DNA from: a virus
Strand: one strand, 5' to 3'
Length of the DNA: 64,000 nt
Virus record (IMG/VR): IMGVR_UViG_3300027782_000036
This document shows, in pieces, positions 37,994 through 47,990 of the stretch. The stretch's first letter is position 1. Every line of letters starts with the position of its first letter. Position numbers and translations under genes: made by a program. Below the pieces are notes generated by a model. The model was given only the letters and a program-made list of their open reading frames with translations, was not told where the DNA came from and ran no database searches.

Positions 37994-38607
37994 AAACATT
38001 CAAATCATTTTTAACAGAAAGTGGTCTTCATATGTTTGATATAGATGATACTCTATTTCACACTAGTGACAAGATTCATGTTAAAGATAAGTTTGGCAAT
38101 ACAGTTCAAACATTAAGTAACCAAGAGTTCAATACTCACAAATTACCTAAAGATCACAGTTATGATTTCTCTGAGTTTAGAAATGCTGACAAGTTTCATA
38201 AAGAAGGTGAACCTATTCACCCTATGATTAACAAACTCAAAGCAATACAGAAGAACGTGGAGAAGAAGACTGGTAGTAAGGTCATTATAAATACAGCAAG
38301 GTCTGATTTTGATAAACAAGGTAAGTTTGCTAAGAAGTTTAAGAAACATGGAATTGATATTAATAAAGTCCATGTAGAACGAGCAGGTAATATTCCTGGT
38401 GATGAACCACCATCAGAGAAGAAAGTAAAAGTGGTTAAAAAGTATTTAGATAATCATCCATATAATCATGTAACACTATATGATGACAGTAAACAAAATT
38501 TATCTAGATTATTAAAAATGAAAAAGGAATATCCAAACGTCAAGTTTCATGCTTATCATGTTCAACCTGACGGAACAACGAAGAAATTAAACGATGACTC
38601 AAATTAA
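37990..38607 (+). CDS. HAD-family phosphatase with a capsid-targeting-like leader
   Basis: MKTFKSFLTE; FDIDDTL, TAR, K, YDDSKQN. Confidence 0.75.
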   Translation: MKTFKSFLTESGLHMFDIDDTLFHTSDKIHVKDKFGNTVQTLSNQEFNTHKLPKDHSYDFSEFRNADKFHKEGEPIHPMINKLKAIQKNVEKKTGSKVIINTARSDFDKQGKFAKKFKKHGIDINKVHVERAGNIPGDEPPSEKKVKVVKKYLDNHPYNHVTLYDDSKQNLSRLLKMKKEYPNVKFHAYHVQPDGTTKKLNDDSN

Positions 38608-40366
38608 ATCTTTTATAGAATTAACGGAAGAAAAGAATAAGGCCGTAGTCTTACACTATGGTCGTATGAATCCTCCTACAAAAGGCCATGAAGAAAATAT
38701 TAATGGTGTAAAAGATTTGGCTGCAAAACATAATGCAGACCATTTGGTTGTTGCTTCACATACTCAAGATAAGAAAAAGAATCCATTAACACCAGAACAA
38801 AAACAAAAGCATTTAAATAGAGCTTTTCCAGATACTAACATTGAAGTTGCTTCTAAAGAAAAACCTACAATCATGCACCATGCAAAAGCTTTGGCTGCAA
38901 AAGGTTACAATCACCTTATTGTAGCCGCTGGTGCCGATAGAGCAAAAGAATATCATGATCTATTACACAAATACAATGGTAAAGAATATAACTTTAAAAA
39001 GATTACAGTAACATCTACAGGTCAGAGAAAAGAGGGTGTATCTGGTACTGATATGCGTAATCATGCTAAGAATAATGATTATGGTTCATTTAAAAAGAAT
39101 TTACCATCCAATATTCAAAAGAACGACAAACATTCAAGAGAATTATTCCATGACACAAAAAGTGGTATGGGATTACATGAAAACGCAAATCGTAGTATGT
39201 TCAAAGCATTATTCCTGGTTGGTGGACCTGGTTCAGGAAAAGATGTTATTATTCGAGAAGCAATTGCAGAAAAGAACGCAGTTGAGATTAATGCCAACAA
39301 AGCCTACGATTTCATAATCGACAAATTAAAGTTATCGGAAGAAACTAAAGACTATCAACTCAATGCTATTCGAAATAGAAACGCATTGGTGATTAATGGT
39401 GCTTCAGATGACATTACAAAGATTTCTACTATCAAAGAAGAACTTGAAGAATTGGGTTACACAACAATGATGGTATTTGTTAATACGACAAATGAGATAT
39501 CAGAAAGACGTAACCAACAACATTCTAGAATCATTTCTGAACAAATTAGAATTGATAAGTGGAATAAATCACAAGAAAATCTTGATAAGTTTTATGATAT
39601 ATTTGAAGCTTTTTTAGAATTCGATAATTCGATCAATTTACAGGAATCAGATGCCCTTGTAAAAGAGAATAAAGAAAACGAACTGAGTGACATGTCTAAT
39701 GAGATTTCATTCTTCTTTAGAACTAAAGTATTGACAGAAACGGCTAAAGATTGGTTGAGATCAAAGAATCGTTTAGATGTAAATGAAGACATCAAGTCAC
39801 TATTCGAGAAAAGAAAAGTATTAAAAGATAATAGTGCTCCTATCACACAAATGACTAGAAAAGATGGTAAAATTGATAGAGTTGATGATGGTGATGTTAA
39901 AGATAACTCTAGTTATATCTTCAGAACTTATGTTGAATCACAACCAACATTGAAGATTAATCCTACACCAAAAGTACCAAATTTTGATCAAGATAAAGAA
40001 TCTAAAAAGAACAAAAGAACAGCAGTAAACAACGTATTACCTGGCAAAGTCATGAATGGCACAGGCGTAGGTGATACATGGGATAATAGAACTTCTGGTA
40101 CCGTATATCCAATGAGTGGTCTTGGTAACACAACATACAGAGAAAGTTTCAATAAGTTTAGAAATAAAGTTAAAGAGGCCATTGACGATCCAGGTGCTTC
40201 AGACATGGGAACGTTTGGTGGTATGGGTAATGGTGTCGATAAAGAACCATTAGAAACACCATTGAACAAATTTTCATCATCAGGTGATAATACAAAGAAA
40301 AAAAAGATAAATAAGCAATCAAATGCTGGTTCTAGCGTAGAGCAGAAGCAAACCAGTGGAAAATAA
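38594..40366 (+). CDS. HxGH nucleotidyltransferase fused to a P-loop kinase-like domain
   Basis: GRMNPPTKGH, GADR, VSGTDMR, then GGPGSGKD; KSFIELTEE leader. Confidence 0.7.
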   Translation: MTQIKSFIELTEEKNKAVVLHYGRMNPPTKGHEENINGVKDLAAKHNADHLVVASHTQDKKKNPLTPEQKQKHLNRAFPDTNIEVASKEKPTIMHHAKALAAKGYNHLIVAAGADRAKEYHDLLHKYNGKEYNFKKITVTSTGQRKEGVSGTDMRNHAKNNDYGSFKKNLPSNIQKNDKHSRELFHDTKSGMGLHENANRSMFKALFLVGGPGSGKDVIIREAIAEKNAVEINANKAYDFIIDKLKLSEETKDYQLNAIRNRNALVINGASDDITKISTIKEELEELGYTTMMVFVNTTNEISERRNQQHSRIISEQIRIDKWNKSQENLDKFYDIFEAFLEFDNSINLQESDALVKENKENELSDMSNEISFFFRTKVLTETAKDWLRSKNRLDVNEDIKSLFEKRKVLKDNSAPITQMTRKDGKIDRVDDGDVKDNSSYIFRTYVESQPTLKINPTPKVPNFDQDKESKKNKRTAVNNVLPGKVMNGTGVGDTWDNRTSGTVYPMSGLGNTTYRESFNKFRNKVKEAIDDPGASDMGTFGGMGNGVDKEPLETPLNKFSSSGDNTKKKKINKQSNAGSSVEQKQTSGK

Positions 40367-40379
40367 ACAGGAGATAATA

Positions 40380-42989
40380 ATGTCATCAAAATTTGCCCCA
40401 GATGTTCCAAAATCACTAATCGATGCGGTCAGTTCTATTATGAACGAAGCTAAAGCGGATGAACTCCCACCAATCGATAAAACAGAAGCACAAAAACGTA
40501 AAGAACGTCAAGCTAAACTAGACGCTATTGAAGACAAACGTGCTGAACGTGATGCCGGCAAAGAAAAACCTAAAAGTGCTGTTACTAAAGTATCTGGTAC
40601 ACAATATGGTGGTTCTAAACAAAAAGACCCTGTTGAAGTTGAAGAAGAATTATCTCCAAAACAAAAGAAAATTGCTGCTATGGCAGGCGATAAAGGTAAA
40701 ATTGATGCTGATGATTTGGCTGCATTGAGATCAGGTAAAAAACCAGGATGTGATACTTGTGATGAAGAAACTGTAGAAGAAAAACATATGACTGATGCTG
40801 AGATGGCAAAACGTGAAAAGATTGTTAAATCGATGAAAAAAGGTTTAGCAGGCTTCAAAGCGAGATATGGCTCTAAAGCTAAAAATGTAATGTATGCTAC
40901 AGCTACTAAACAATCCATGAAAAGTGAAGAAACAATTACAGAAGGCATTGTAAACCATGCTGACATCGCCAAAGACTTAGTAAAAAAACACGGTAAAAAT
41001 GTAACAATGGATCACATTGATGATTACATCGATGGTGCTGATGATGCACATAAAGTTGATAAACGAGAAGTATTACATCACATCAAACTTCTACAAGATA
41101 TGAATTGTGAAAGTGTTCAAATTACTGAAGGCAAACTTCGTGGCATGGGAGCTGTCTATACTGATATGATGGATCATGCTACTAAGAAGGGTTATACAAA
41201 TAAAAAACAATTTACTAAAGCTGACTATGAAACTATTGGTAAACAAAATGGTGTTAGTGGTGCAGACATAGCTATCGTTGCTGGTCATCACACTGCTGAT
41301 AGCTATAGTAAACTTAAAGAAGCTAGTGAACCAAAGAAAATTGAGCCACCATTCACACCAGATAAAAAACCTAAAAAAATAGCAGTTCCTGGTAAACATG
41401 GTTATGGTCCATCAGCAGCTTCACATTTAGCACATCTAGGTATGAAATCTCTTCAAAAGAATTCATTTGATCCGGACTTATCAGAAGGCACAGGTGGTCC
41501 AATCTATACTAAACCATTAGTTAAACTTGGTGATCTTCTTGCTCGTGCTAAAGATATGAAAAATATCAAACAAGCAACTATTGTTAATCCTAAAGATGAA
41601 AATCAAGTTGCAATGAAAAAAGAAGATGTCGAATCAACTGAAGATAGACATAAAAGAGAAGATGAAGAAGAAAGAGAACGTAAACGTAAAGAACAGATAG
41701 CAAAAAATAATAAAGCATTTGTAAGAGCTGTTAAGCGTCAAAAAACTCCTGGTGCTAGTCTTGGCATTGCTAAAGACATCCAACAAAGATATTATAAAAC
41801 AGGTAAATGGGAAGAAGTTTCAATAGTTGAAAGTATTGAAGTCAAAAAAGAATATGATGATAAAGATGAAACTGAACATGGTGTTTATCATAATGGTAAA
41901 AAAATTGGATATGTAGTTCATCATAAACCAAGTAACACACATACTGCTTATCACAGTCCATCAAGTTATGATAAAAAAGGACATGCGGATGACTATGAAG
42001 AAATTGATGATTTTCATAATCATAAAGATGCGGTTAATCAAATTAAAAGTTCAGCTTTAGATGAAACTTACATGGGTAAAGCTGGTTGCACATCAGAAGA
42101 CGATAAAAAAAAAGATAAGAAACCGGTAGATTACGATAAACCAACATTCTTACGTAAAAAGGATGATTGGAGAAAAAGTAATCTAGCACATCTACCTAAA
42201 CCAACAAAAGAAGATGTTGAGTTAGATGAACGTGTAATTACACCAGGTACAGGAACTTCACCTGACCCACTTCTAGCTAGAACTGGTTTAAATAAAGTTT
42301 TAAGAAAACCAAGAGTTGGACAGACTAATTTAAAAAATATACCCGGTGGAAATTTACCAGGAAGCCAATATAAATTTTCTGATGATGAAAAAACCAAACA
42401 ACGAGCATCATTAAAAACTGCAATCAAGTCAACACTTGCTAATAAAGAGCATGGTGTAAAACGTAAATTGCCAGAAGAAATCGAACAACTTGATGAATTA
42501 GATCCTAAAACGTATGCATCATATGCTAATAAAGCAGTTGGTGATACAACTAAAGATAGATCAAAAATGATTAAGGTTGCTGATAAGAAACTTTATGGCA
42601 ATCCAGATTTAAGATACAAATCTGAAGGTTTTAACACATTTAAAGGTGTGGCCGCTGAAATAAAAGCTGGAACATTTAGTAGAAGTAAACCTGATTTAGA
42701 ATTGGCCAAACAAAAGAAAAAAGATTTAGAATCTTCTTTTGAAAATAAAACAAAAAAGAGAACCGAAGAAGTTTCAATAGATGAAACAGCAACACTAGAC
42801 AAATATATCAGATCAATGGGTTATGACCCACAACATCTTGATAAAAATAAAAAAGTGATGTTCGCTAAAACGAATGCATATAAAACATTTGCATCATCAC
42901 AAAAAACAGAAGGTTTATATGATGGTGGCCAAAAAGGTACCCAAGACATTGATGACCATATGTCACCAGGTGCGACTGCTAGAGGATAA
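40380..42989 (+). CDS. Large charged, modular putative internal head protein
   Basis: AGGAG RBS before ATG 40380; late-type box at 40306; many [ILV]xE sites. Confidence 0.65.
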   Translation: MSSKFAPDVPKSLIDAVSSIMNEAKADELPPIDKTEAQKRKERQAKLDAIEDKRAERDAGKEKPKSAVTKVSGTQYGGSKQKDPVEVEEELSPKQKKIAAMAGDKGKIDADDLAALRSGKKPGCDTCDEETVEEKHMTDAEMAKREKIVKSMKKGLAGFKARYGSKAKNVMYATATKQSMKSEETITEGIVNHADIAKDLVKKHGKNVTMDHIDDYIDGADDAHKVDKREVLHHIKLLQDMNCESVQITEGKLRGMGAVYTDMMDHATKKGYTNKKQFTKADYETIGKQNGVSGADIAIVAGHHTADSYSKLKEASEPKKIEPPFTPDKKPKKIAVPGKHGYGPSAASHLAHLGMKSLQKNSFDPDLSEGTGGPIYTKPLVKLGDLLARAKDMKNIKQATIVNPKDENQVAMKKEDVESTEDRHKREDEEERERKRKEQIAKNNKAFVRAVKRQKTPGASLGIAKDIQQRYYKTGKWEEVSIVESIEVKKEYDDKDETEHGVYHNGKKIGYVVHHKPSNTHTAYHSPSSYDKKGHADDYEEIDDFHNHKDAVNQIKSSALDETYMGKAGCTSEDDKKKDKKPVDYDKPTFLRKKDDWRKSNLAHLPKPTKEDVELDERVITPGTGTSPDPLLARTGLNKVLRKPRVGQTNLKNIPGGNLPGSQYKFSDDEKTKQRASLKTAIKSTLANKEHGVKRKLPEEIEQLDELDPKTYASYANKAVGDTTKDRSKMIKVADKKLYGNPDLRYKSEGFNTFKGVAAEIKAGTFSRSKPDLELAKQKKKDLESSFENKTKKRTEEVSIDETATLDKYIRSMGYDPQHLDKNKKVMFAKTNAYKTFASSQKTEGLYDGGQKGTQDIDDHMSPGATARG

Positions 42990-42990
42990 A

Positions 42991-43779
42991 ATGAATCAAT
43001 TAGACGAATTTGCTAAAGACGTTGTAGATAGATATATCAAGTCTATGGGTTATAATCCACAGACTATTGATAGAAATAGACGTATGGCTTTAACTAAAAC
43101 GATCAGATTTCAACAGTTTGCACAACGTATGCGAGAAGAAGTTGAATCTTTACAGGAAGGTGAATATTATCCTGAAAAAGTTGCAAAAGCTTTACCTAAA
43201 GGTTTAAAAAGTGAAAAAGATATTTTAAATCATTCTCATGAACATGTTACTAAAGAATTAGGTAAAAAACAGGCTGATCATTTACACTACTACGACCAAG
43301 ATTTTCCTAGTGATGTTGTGTCTAACTATGCACATCTTCATAATAAAAGTGAAAAATTGAGTCTCGAAGCTTTAGAGTTTCCAGGTGATGATGGTATGAA
43401 TGCTAAAGGTTCTAGTTCTAAAGTTGTCGGAGAAAGAGCAAAAGGAATGTCTAAAAACGCAAACCTAATTAAAGCAATATACAAATATCATAAAGTTAAA
43501 AAAGAAGTAAAAGAAGAGCTATATGACCACGAAAAAGATGACAAAGGTGGTGAAGAAACATATGGCAAGAAACCCAAATTTGCTAAAGTAAAAGAAGGTG
43601 AGAAAGAAGATCAGTCAGATAGTAAAACAAAAGCAGCGGCTGTATTAACTGGTGGAACAACATTAACAGGTCAAAAACGAGATGATGTCGAGTTTGATCC
43701 AATGTTGAATAAACCTAATACAAATTCTGATACTTCTGGAATGCAAATTAAAGCAGATAAAAAAAAGATAAATAGATAG
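42991..43779 (+). CDS. Putative internal head protein
   Basis: GAGGA RBS; repeats the YIxSMGYxP module of the upstream gene. Confidence 0.65.
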   Translation: MNQLDEFAKDVVDRYIKSMGYNPQTIDRNRRMALTKTIRFQQFAQRMREEVESLQEGEYYPEKVAKALPKGLKSEKDILNHSHEHVTKELGKKQADHLHYYDQDFPSDVVSNYAHLHNKSEKLSLEALEFPGDDGMNAKGSSSKVVGERAKGMSKNANLIKAIYKYHKVKKEVKEELYDHEKDDKGGEETYGKKPKFAKVKEGEKEDQSDSKTKAAAVLTGGTTLTGQKRDDVEFDPMLNKPNTNSDTSGMQIKADKKKINR

Positions 43780-43810
43780 TAACATCTAACAAGATTAAAG
43801 GAGAATAAAG

Positions 43811-44362
43811 ATGTCCTCATGGGGAAATAACGATAACGCAGCGAACTCACCACTTTGGGGTGCGGGAACTGTCAATTTAACACCATCATCGGCTAATAGA
43901 ACATTACTTTACGGTAACACTAGAATTAGTGAAATTGTATCTGGTATAGAAGTTGGTGTATTTGGTGTTGATTCGACCGAAGCAAATTTAAAAAAGGCTG
44001 GCGCACACTCAGGTTGGGTTAGACGAGTTAAAGGCACAGGACCAGTTGTTAGTATTACAGCTAATACTGGTGCTCACGGTGCTAACGGATACTTAACATT
44101 TACTGGTGGTGGCACAGGAAGTTCTGCTGCTAATGCTTACATGTATGTAAAAACAACAGGTGAAGTTAAAAATGTAGTAGTATTAACTGCCGGTACATAT
44201 TCAGCTACACCAACAGCAGTTAGACCAACAGGCGGCGCTGCAAATTCAACATTCACAGTAATTATGGGTGGTCGTGCTAATAGAGAACAACAAGAAGTAT
44301 TAGCTGCTATGGATACTATTATCAGTGATGGTTCTGATGATACTATCTACCCTGATTCCTAA
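43811..44362 (+). CDS. Late virion structural protein (G/T/A-rich)
   Basis: MSSWGNND, AHSGWV, C-terminal DDTIYPDS; late-type box and strong RBS. Confidence 0.65.
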   Translation: MSSWGNNDNAANSPLWGAGTVNLTPSSANRTLLYGNTRISEIVSGIEVGVFGVDSTEANLKKAGAHSGWVRRVKGTGPVVSITANTGAHGANGYLTFTGGGTGSSAANAYMYVKTTGEVKNVVVLTAGTYSATPTAVRPTGGAANSTFTVIMGGRANREQQEVLAAMDTIISDGSDDTIYPDS

Positions 44363-44374
44363 TATTTGATAAGG

Positions 44375-44402
44375 TGTTGGAGAGAAATCTCCAACATTTA
44401 AT
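44375..44402 (+). terminator. Rho-independent terminator
   Basis: TGTTGGAGA-GAAA-TCTCCAACA followed by a T-rich tail. Confidence 0.75.
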
Positions 44403-44409
44403 TTGTTAA

Positions 44410-44796
44410 ATGCTAAATGATTTAAATGATGAGAATTTCACGATATATGCAATGAAATCTTATAATTCTCCAAATTGCATAATGTCTGAATTTGAGGGTG
44501 ACTTAAAAAGAACGAAGTATCTTAAAAAGTTATTTCGTAAATATAAGAAAAGCAATATATTAAAAGAGAGATTGATACTTAATCATATCATTCTCGTTTA
44601 CAATGTCTTTGGTGTAGAAGCAGCCACAAGGATTCTATTCTATAAGATAGATGATCGTGACTACGATATACTAAAGACATTTTTATTGTATCTCAATTAT
44701 ATGCCTGATAAAGTTATTGGCATTAGAGGTAATAACATAGATTCATCTACTATTATGGTAGATATGAACATCGCAGAGATATTGAGGAAACTATGA
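44410..44796 (+). CDS. Conserved T4-like hypothetical protein
   Basis: YAMKSYNSP, ERLILNHII, LKTFL. Confidence 0.7.
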   Translation: MLNDLNDENFTIYAMKSYNSPNCIMSEFEGDLKRTKYLKKLFRKYKKSNILKERLILNHIILVYNVFGVEAATRILFYKIDDRDYDILKTFLLYLNYMPDKVIGIRGNNIDSSTIMVDMNIAEILRKL

Positions 44797-45227
44797 AAAC
44801 ATTCAAAGCTTTTTTAGAAGAAGTTAAAAAACCTACAGGTGATTTAAAAGATGCTTGTTGGAAAGGTTATACTGCTGTCGGAACAAAAAAGAAAAATGGC
44901 CAAGAAGTTCCTAATTGTGTTCCTACTAAAGAAGAAGTGGAACTAGAAGAATCAACTCCTGCATGGCAACGTTCAGCTGGCAAAGATCCTGAAGGTGGTT
45001 TAAACCGTAAAGGTATAGCTTCATATCGTAGAGAACATCCTGGTTCAAAACTATCTATGGCTGTTACTACCAAACCAAGTAAATTAAAACCCGATTCAAA
45101 AGCTGCTAATAGAAGAAAATCATTCTGTTCAAGAATGAAAGGCATGAAGGCCAAACTAACTTCAGCAAAAACTGCTAAAGATCCGGATTCAAGAATTAAC
45201 AAATCATTAAGAAAGTGGAATTGCTAA
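44793..45227 (+). CDS. Putative internal head protein
   Basis: MKTFKAFLEE leader; CWKGY...VPNCVP; RRKSFCSRM. Confidence 0.7.
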   Translation: MKTFKAFLEEVKKPTGDLKDACWKGYTAVGTKKKNGQEVPNCVPTKEEVELEESTPAWQRSAGKDPEGGLNRKGIASYRREHPGSKLSMAVTTKPSKLKPDSKAANRRKSFCSRMKGMKAKLTSAKTAKDPDSRINKSLRKWNC

Positions 45228-46123
45228 TGAAATCATTTGGTAAACTCAGAAAAGAAGCTTGTTGGACAGGATATAAAGCTAAAGGCATGAAAAAGAAAGG
45301 TGATCGAATGGTCCCTAATTGTGTGCCTGAAGATGTTCAATTACAAGAAGAAGATGGTTATTCACATGAAGTTCATGTTCGTAACTATGATGAACCGGAT
45401 GATGAACATTCTACATTTCCAAAAGATCATATCAACTATGGTGTAAACCAACATCATGGTACATTTAAAGGTGCTACTGATAAAGGTTATGTGTTTGGCT
45501 TCAGAGAGAAAGAACATGCTGACAAATTTGTTAAACATGTTAATACACATAAACATACTCATGCTGAACATTTATCGGAAGAAGTTATTCAAGAAGCAGA
45601 TGAAAAAGATACAATAACTTTTGATATACCATTACTCATTCGTGTATTCGAACTTGTTCGTGAAGATGTGAAAACAGATGTAGCGTTACATAAAGTTGTT
45701 GAACGACTTATTGATATGCGCCATAAAGGTATATTAACTATGGATGACTATATGACTATTGCTCATCTTAAAGAAGAAGTAGAACAAATTCAAGAAATTG
45801 GTGATACGCCGGCTGGCAAAGAAACTTTAAAATCATATAAACAAAAAGCTAATTTAGATAGAACATATACTATGATGAGACCTAGTGCTCCTGATGCTTT
45901 AAATGATAGAAAATGGAAAAACAGAAATGTCGGTGCAGCTCAAGCTAGAAAAAGATTAGGTGAAGATGGCATCGCAGTTCCAGGTCCAACAAATACAGCA
46001 GGTTCAGGTGCAGTAGCAGGATTAGGTCAACCACCTGGTAGTAAATCTGGTGAACCACCAGTTGGAAAAAGACGTAAGCCAATTGTCATAAAAATGACTC
46101 GTAGAAGTCCTCCTAAAATGTAG
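45227..46123 (+). CDS. Putative internal head protein
   Basis: MKSFGKLRKE leader; CWTGY...VPNCVP; DIPLLIRVFE. Confidence 0.65.
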   Translation: MKSFGKLRKEACWTGYKAKGMKKKGDRMVPNCVPEDVQLQEEDGYSHEVHVRNYDEPDDEHSTFPKDHINYGVNQHHGTFKGATDKGYVFGFREKEHADKFVKHVNTHKHTHAEHLSEEVIQEADEKDTITFDIPLLIRVFELVREDVKTDVALHKVVERLIDMRHKGILTMDDYMTIAHLKEEVEQIQEIGDTPAGKETLKSYKQKANLDRTYTMMRPSAPDALNDRKWKNRNVGAAQARKRLGEDGIAVPGPTNTAGSGAVAGLGQPPGSKSGEPPVGKRRKPIVIKMTRRSPPKM

Positions 46124-46134
46124 AAAGGTGTAAA

Positions 46135-46758
46135 ATGAGTTTTGAATTTGATTTTACAGAAGATAAATTAAAAGAGTGTGTACCAACTAATAAAAATATT
46201 AGTGGACTATTCAATGCTTTATCTGAAATTTTACCAAAGTATGATATCAACACACCACGTAGAGTTGCTGGTTTTCTAGCACAATGTGGCCATGAATGTG
46301 CTGATTTCAATACACTAAAAGAAAACTTAAACTATTCAGCTGATGGTTTACATAAAGTATTTCCAAAAAGATTTCCTACAGTGGAATCAGCACAACCATA
46401 TAACAGACAACCCGAAAAGATTGCTAATAAAATTTATTCTGATCGTATGGGTAATGGTGATGAAGCATCAGGTGAAGGATACAAATTCCGTGGTCGTGGT
46501 GCAATCCAATTAACGGGTAAAGATAATTACAGTAGATTTGCTGAATCTATTGGTAAAGATTTAGATGAAGCAGTTGCTTATTGTGATACACTAGAAGGTG
46601 CTATCGAATCAGCATGCTGGTTTTGGACAACACATAACTTAAATGCTAAAGCTGATGAGAATGATGTCACTGGTTCAACAAAAGTAATCAATGGTGGAAC
46701 CCACGGCCTAGATGATCGTAAAGCTCGTTGGTTAAAAGCTTTAAAGGCATTTAATTAA
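46135..46758 (+). CDS. GH19 endolysin
   Basis: FLAQCGHE, ENLNYS, FRGRGAIQLTGKDNY, INGG..GL.DR. Confidence 0.9.
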   Translation: MSFEFDFTEDKLKECVPTNKNISGLFNALSEILPKYDINTPRRVAGFLAQCGHECADFNTLKENLNYSADGLHKVFPKRFPTVESAQPYNRQPEKIANKIYSDRMGNGDEASGEGYKFRGRGAIQLTGKDNYSRFAESIGKDLDEAVAYCDTLEGAIESACWFWTTHNLNAKADENDVTGSTKVINGGTHGLDDRKARWLKALKAFN

Positions 46759-46759
46759 G

Positions 46760-47251
46760 ATGTGGTTCATATTACACTTTATACCTGACGCATGGTATAA
46801 ATTATTTGTCCATGGTGTAGTTGTTTTAGGATTAGGTTTAACTATTCTATCAACTATATTAAGATGGAGATTATATCAAATCATTGGTATTCTAGTTTTA
46901 ATAGCTGGAGTATTTTTTGAAGGTAGTTATACTACTGAAATGATGTGGCGTGCTAAAGTTGAAGAAGTGCAGAAGAAATTAGATATAGCAAATAAAAAAT
47001 CTAAACAAGTAACTATAAAACTTCAAAAGAAACTTAATGCACAGACACAATTAATTAAAAAAAAGGCTAAAGATAATGCTAATCTTATTAAACAAAATGC
47101 GAATAAAATTGATGCTGATTGTAAGCTCACTGATACTGTTGTCGAGTTGCACAACCGTGCCAGTGACAATGAAGTTTCCAGAACCACCAAAAGAAATGTT
47201 GGAAAGTTGCCCAAATCTTCAACCAGCGCAGAAGACTTCAAAATTAAGTGA
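46760..47251 (+). CDS. Putative i-spanin (Rz-like)
   Basis: N-terminal TMs plus coiled coil; follows the endolysin and overlaps a lipoprotein gene. Confidence 0.65.
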   Translation: MWFILHFIPDAWYKLFVHGVVVLGLGLTILSTILRWRLYQIIGILVLIAGVFFEGSYTTEMMWRAKVEEVQKKLDIANKKSKQVTIKLQKKLNAQTQLIKKKAKDNANLIKQNANKIDADCKLTDTVVELHNRASDNEVSRTTKRNVGKLPKSSTSAEDFKIK

Positions 47252-47366
47252 TTTATTAGAAACTGTATCAAACAACTATTCAAGTTATTATGAATGTAAA
47301 ACTAAACACGATAGTTGGATTGAATGGTATAATGATAACAAAAAAATATACGAAAGTGTAAAATGA
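47097..47366 (+). CDS. Putative o-spanin (Rz1-like lipoprotein)
   Basis: LLSSC lipobox, Pro-rich FPEPP, overlaps the i-spanin gene. Confidence 0.7.
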   Translation: MRIKLMLIVSSLILLSSCTTVPVTMKFPEPPKEMLESCPNLQPAQKTSKLSDLLETVSNNYSSYYECKTKHDSWIEWYNDNKKIYESVK

Positions 47367-47773
47367 AAAAACTCATTATACTATTATTGATTCCATTTAT
47401 ATCATCTTGTGCATTAACAACAATAGGAACACATGCTATTGATGCATTCACGATGGCACATTTTGATAACAATGAATATAAAATTATTACTGAGATGAGA
47501 ACTGTTTCTCAACTAGTAGATTGTAATAATAAAGATAATGTAAAAGATGCGACAAACAAATTATGGTATTATACTAATGAACTACAAAACTATTCTCAAT
47601 ATATTCCTAAAAATGAAAAGTCATACAAAATGGCTCAAAGTTTAGTTGAGGTAGTAAAAGGACTACATGATAAGAATGGTGAAATGGGTAAGTTGTATTG
47701 TGAAGAGAAATTTAAAGTAATACAAGATACAACAGAAAACATCCAGAAAGCAACGGGGAATAAACCAAGATGA
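47363..47773 (+). CDS. Lipoprotein of unknown function
   Basis: MKKLIILLLIPFISSC lipobox. Confidence 0.7.
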   Translation: MKKLIILLLIPFISSCALTTIGTHAIDAFTMAHFDNNEYKIITEMRTVSQLVDCNNKDNVKDATNKLWYYTNELQNYSQYIPKNEKSYKMAQSLVEVVKGLHDKNGEMGKLYCEEKFKVIQDTTENIQKATGNKPR

Positions 47774-47979
47774 CATCATTATTAGATTTACAAAATAAGA
47801 TTTTAGACTTAGAAGCAAATTATCAAAAAAGTCTATTGACAAAAGAAGAATATTTAGAATTACTAAAAGATTTAGATACTTCTCAAGTTATTGCTGAATC
47901 AGCAAGAGATTTGGAAGACTTAGCTAAATTGAACGGTATCATTTCTAATACGATTGCAGTATTATCAGCTGTTGCATAA
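47770..47979 (+). CDS. Hypothetical protein
   Basis: ATGA-coupled to the upstream gene. Confidence 0.6.
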   Translation: MTSLLDLQNKILDLEANYQKSLLTKEEYLELLKDLDTSQVIAESARDLEDLAKLNGIISNTIAVLSAVA

Positions 47980-47990
47980 AGGACAAACAA

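Noticed and set aside
42874-42991. Programmed frameshift joining the two large internal proteins
   Set aside because: The downstream gene has its own GAGGA RBS and ATG at 42991, and no slippery site is evident
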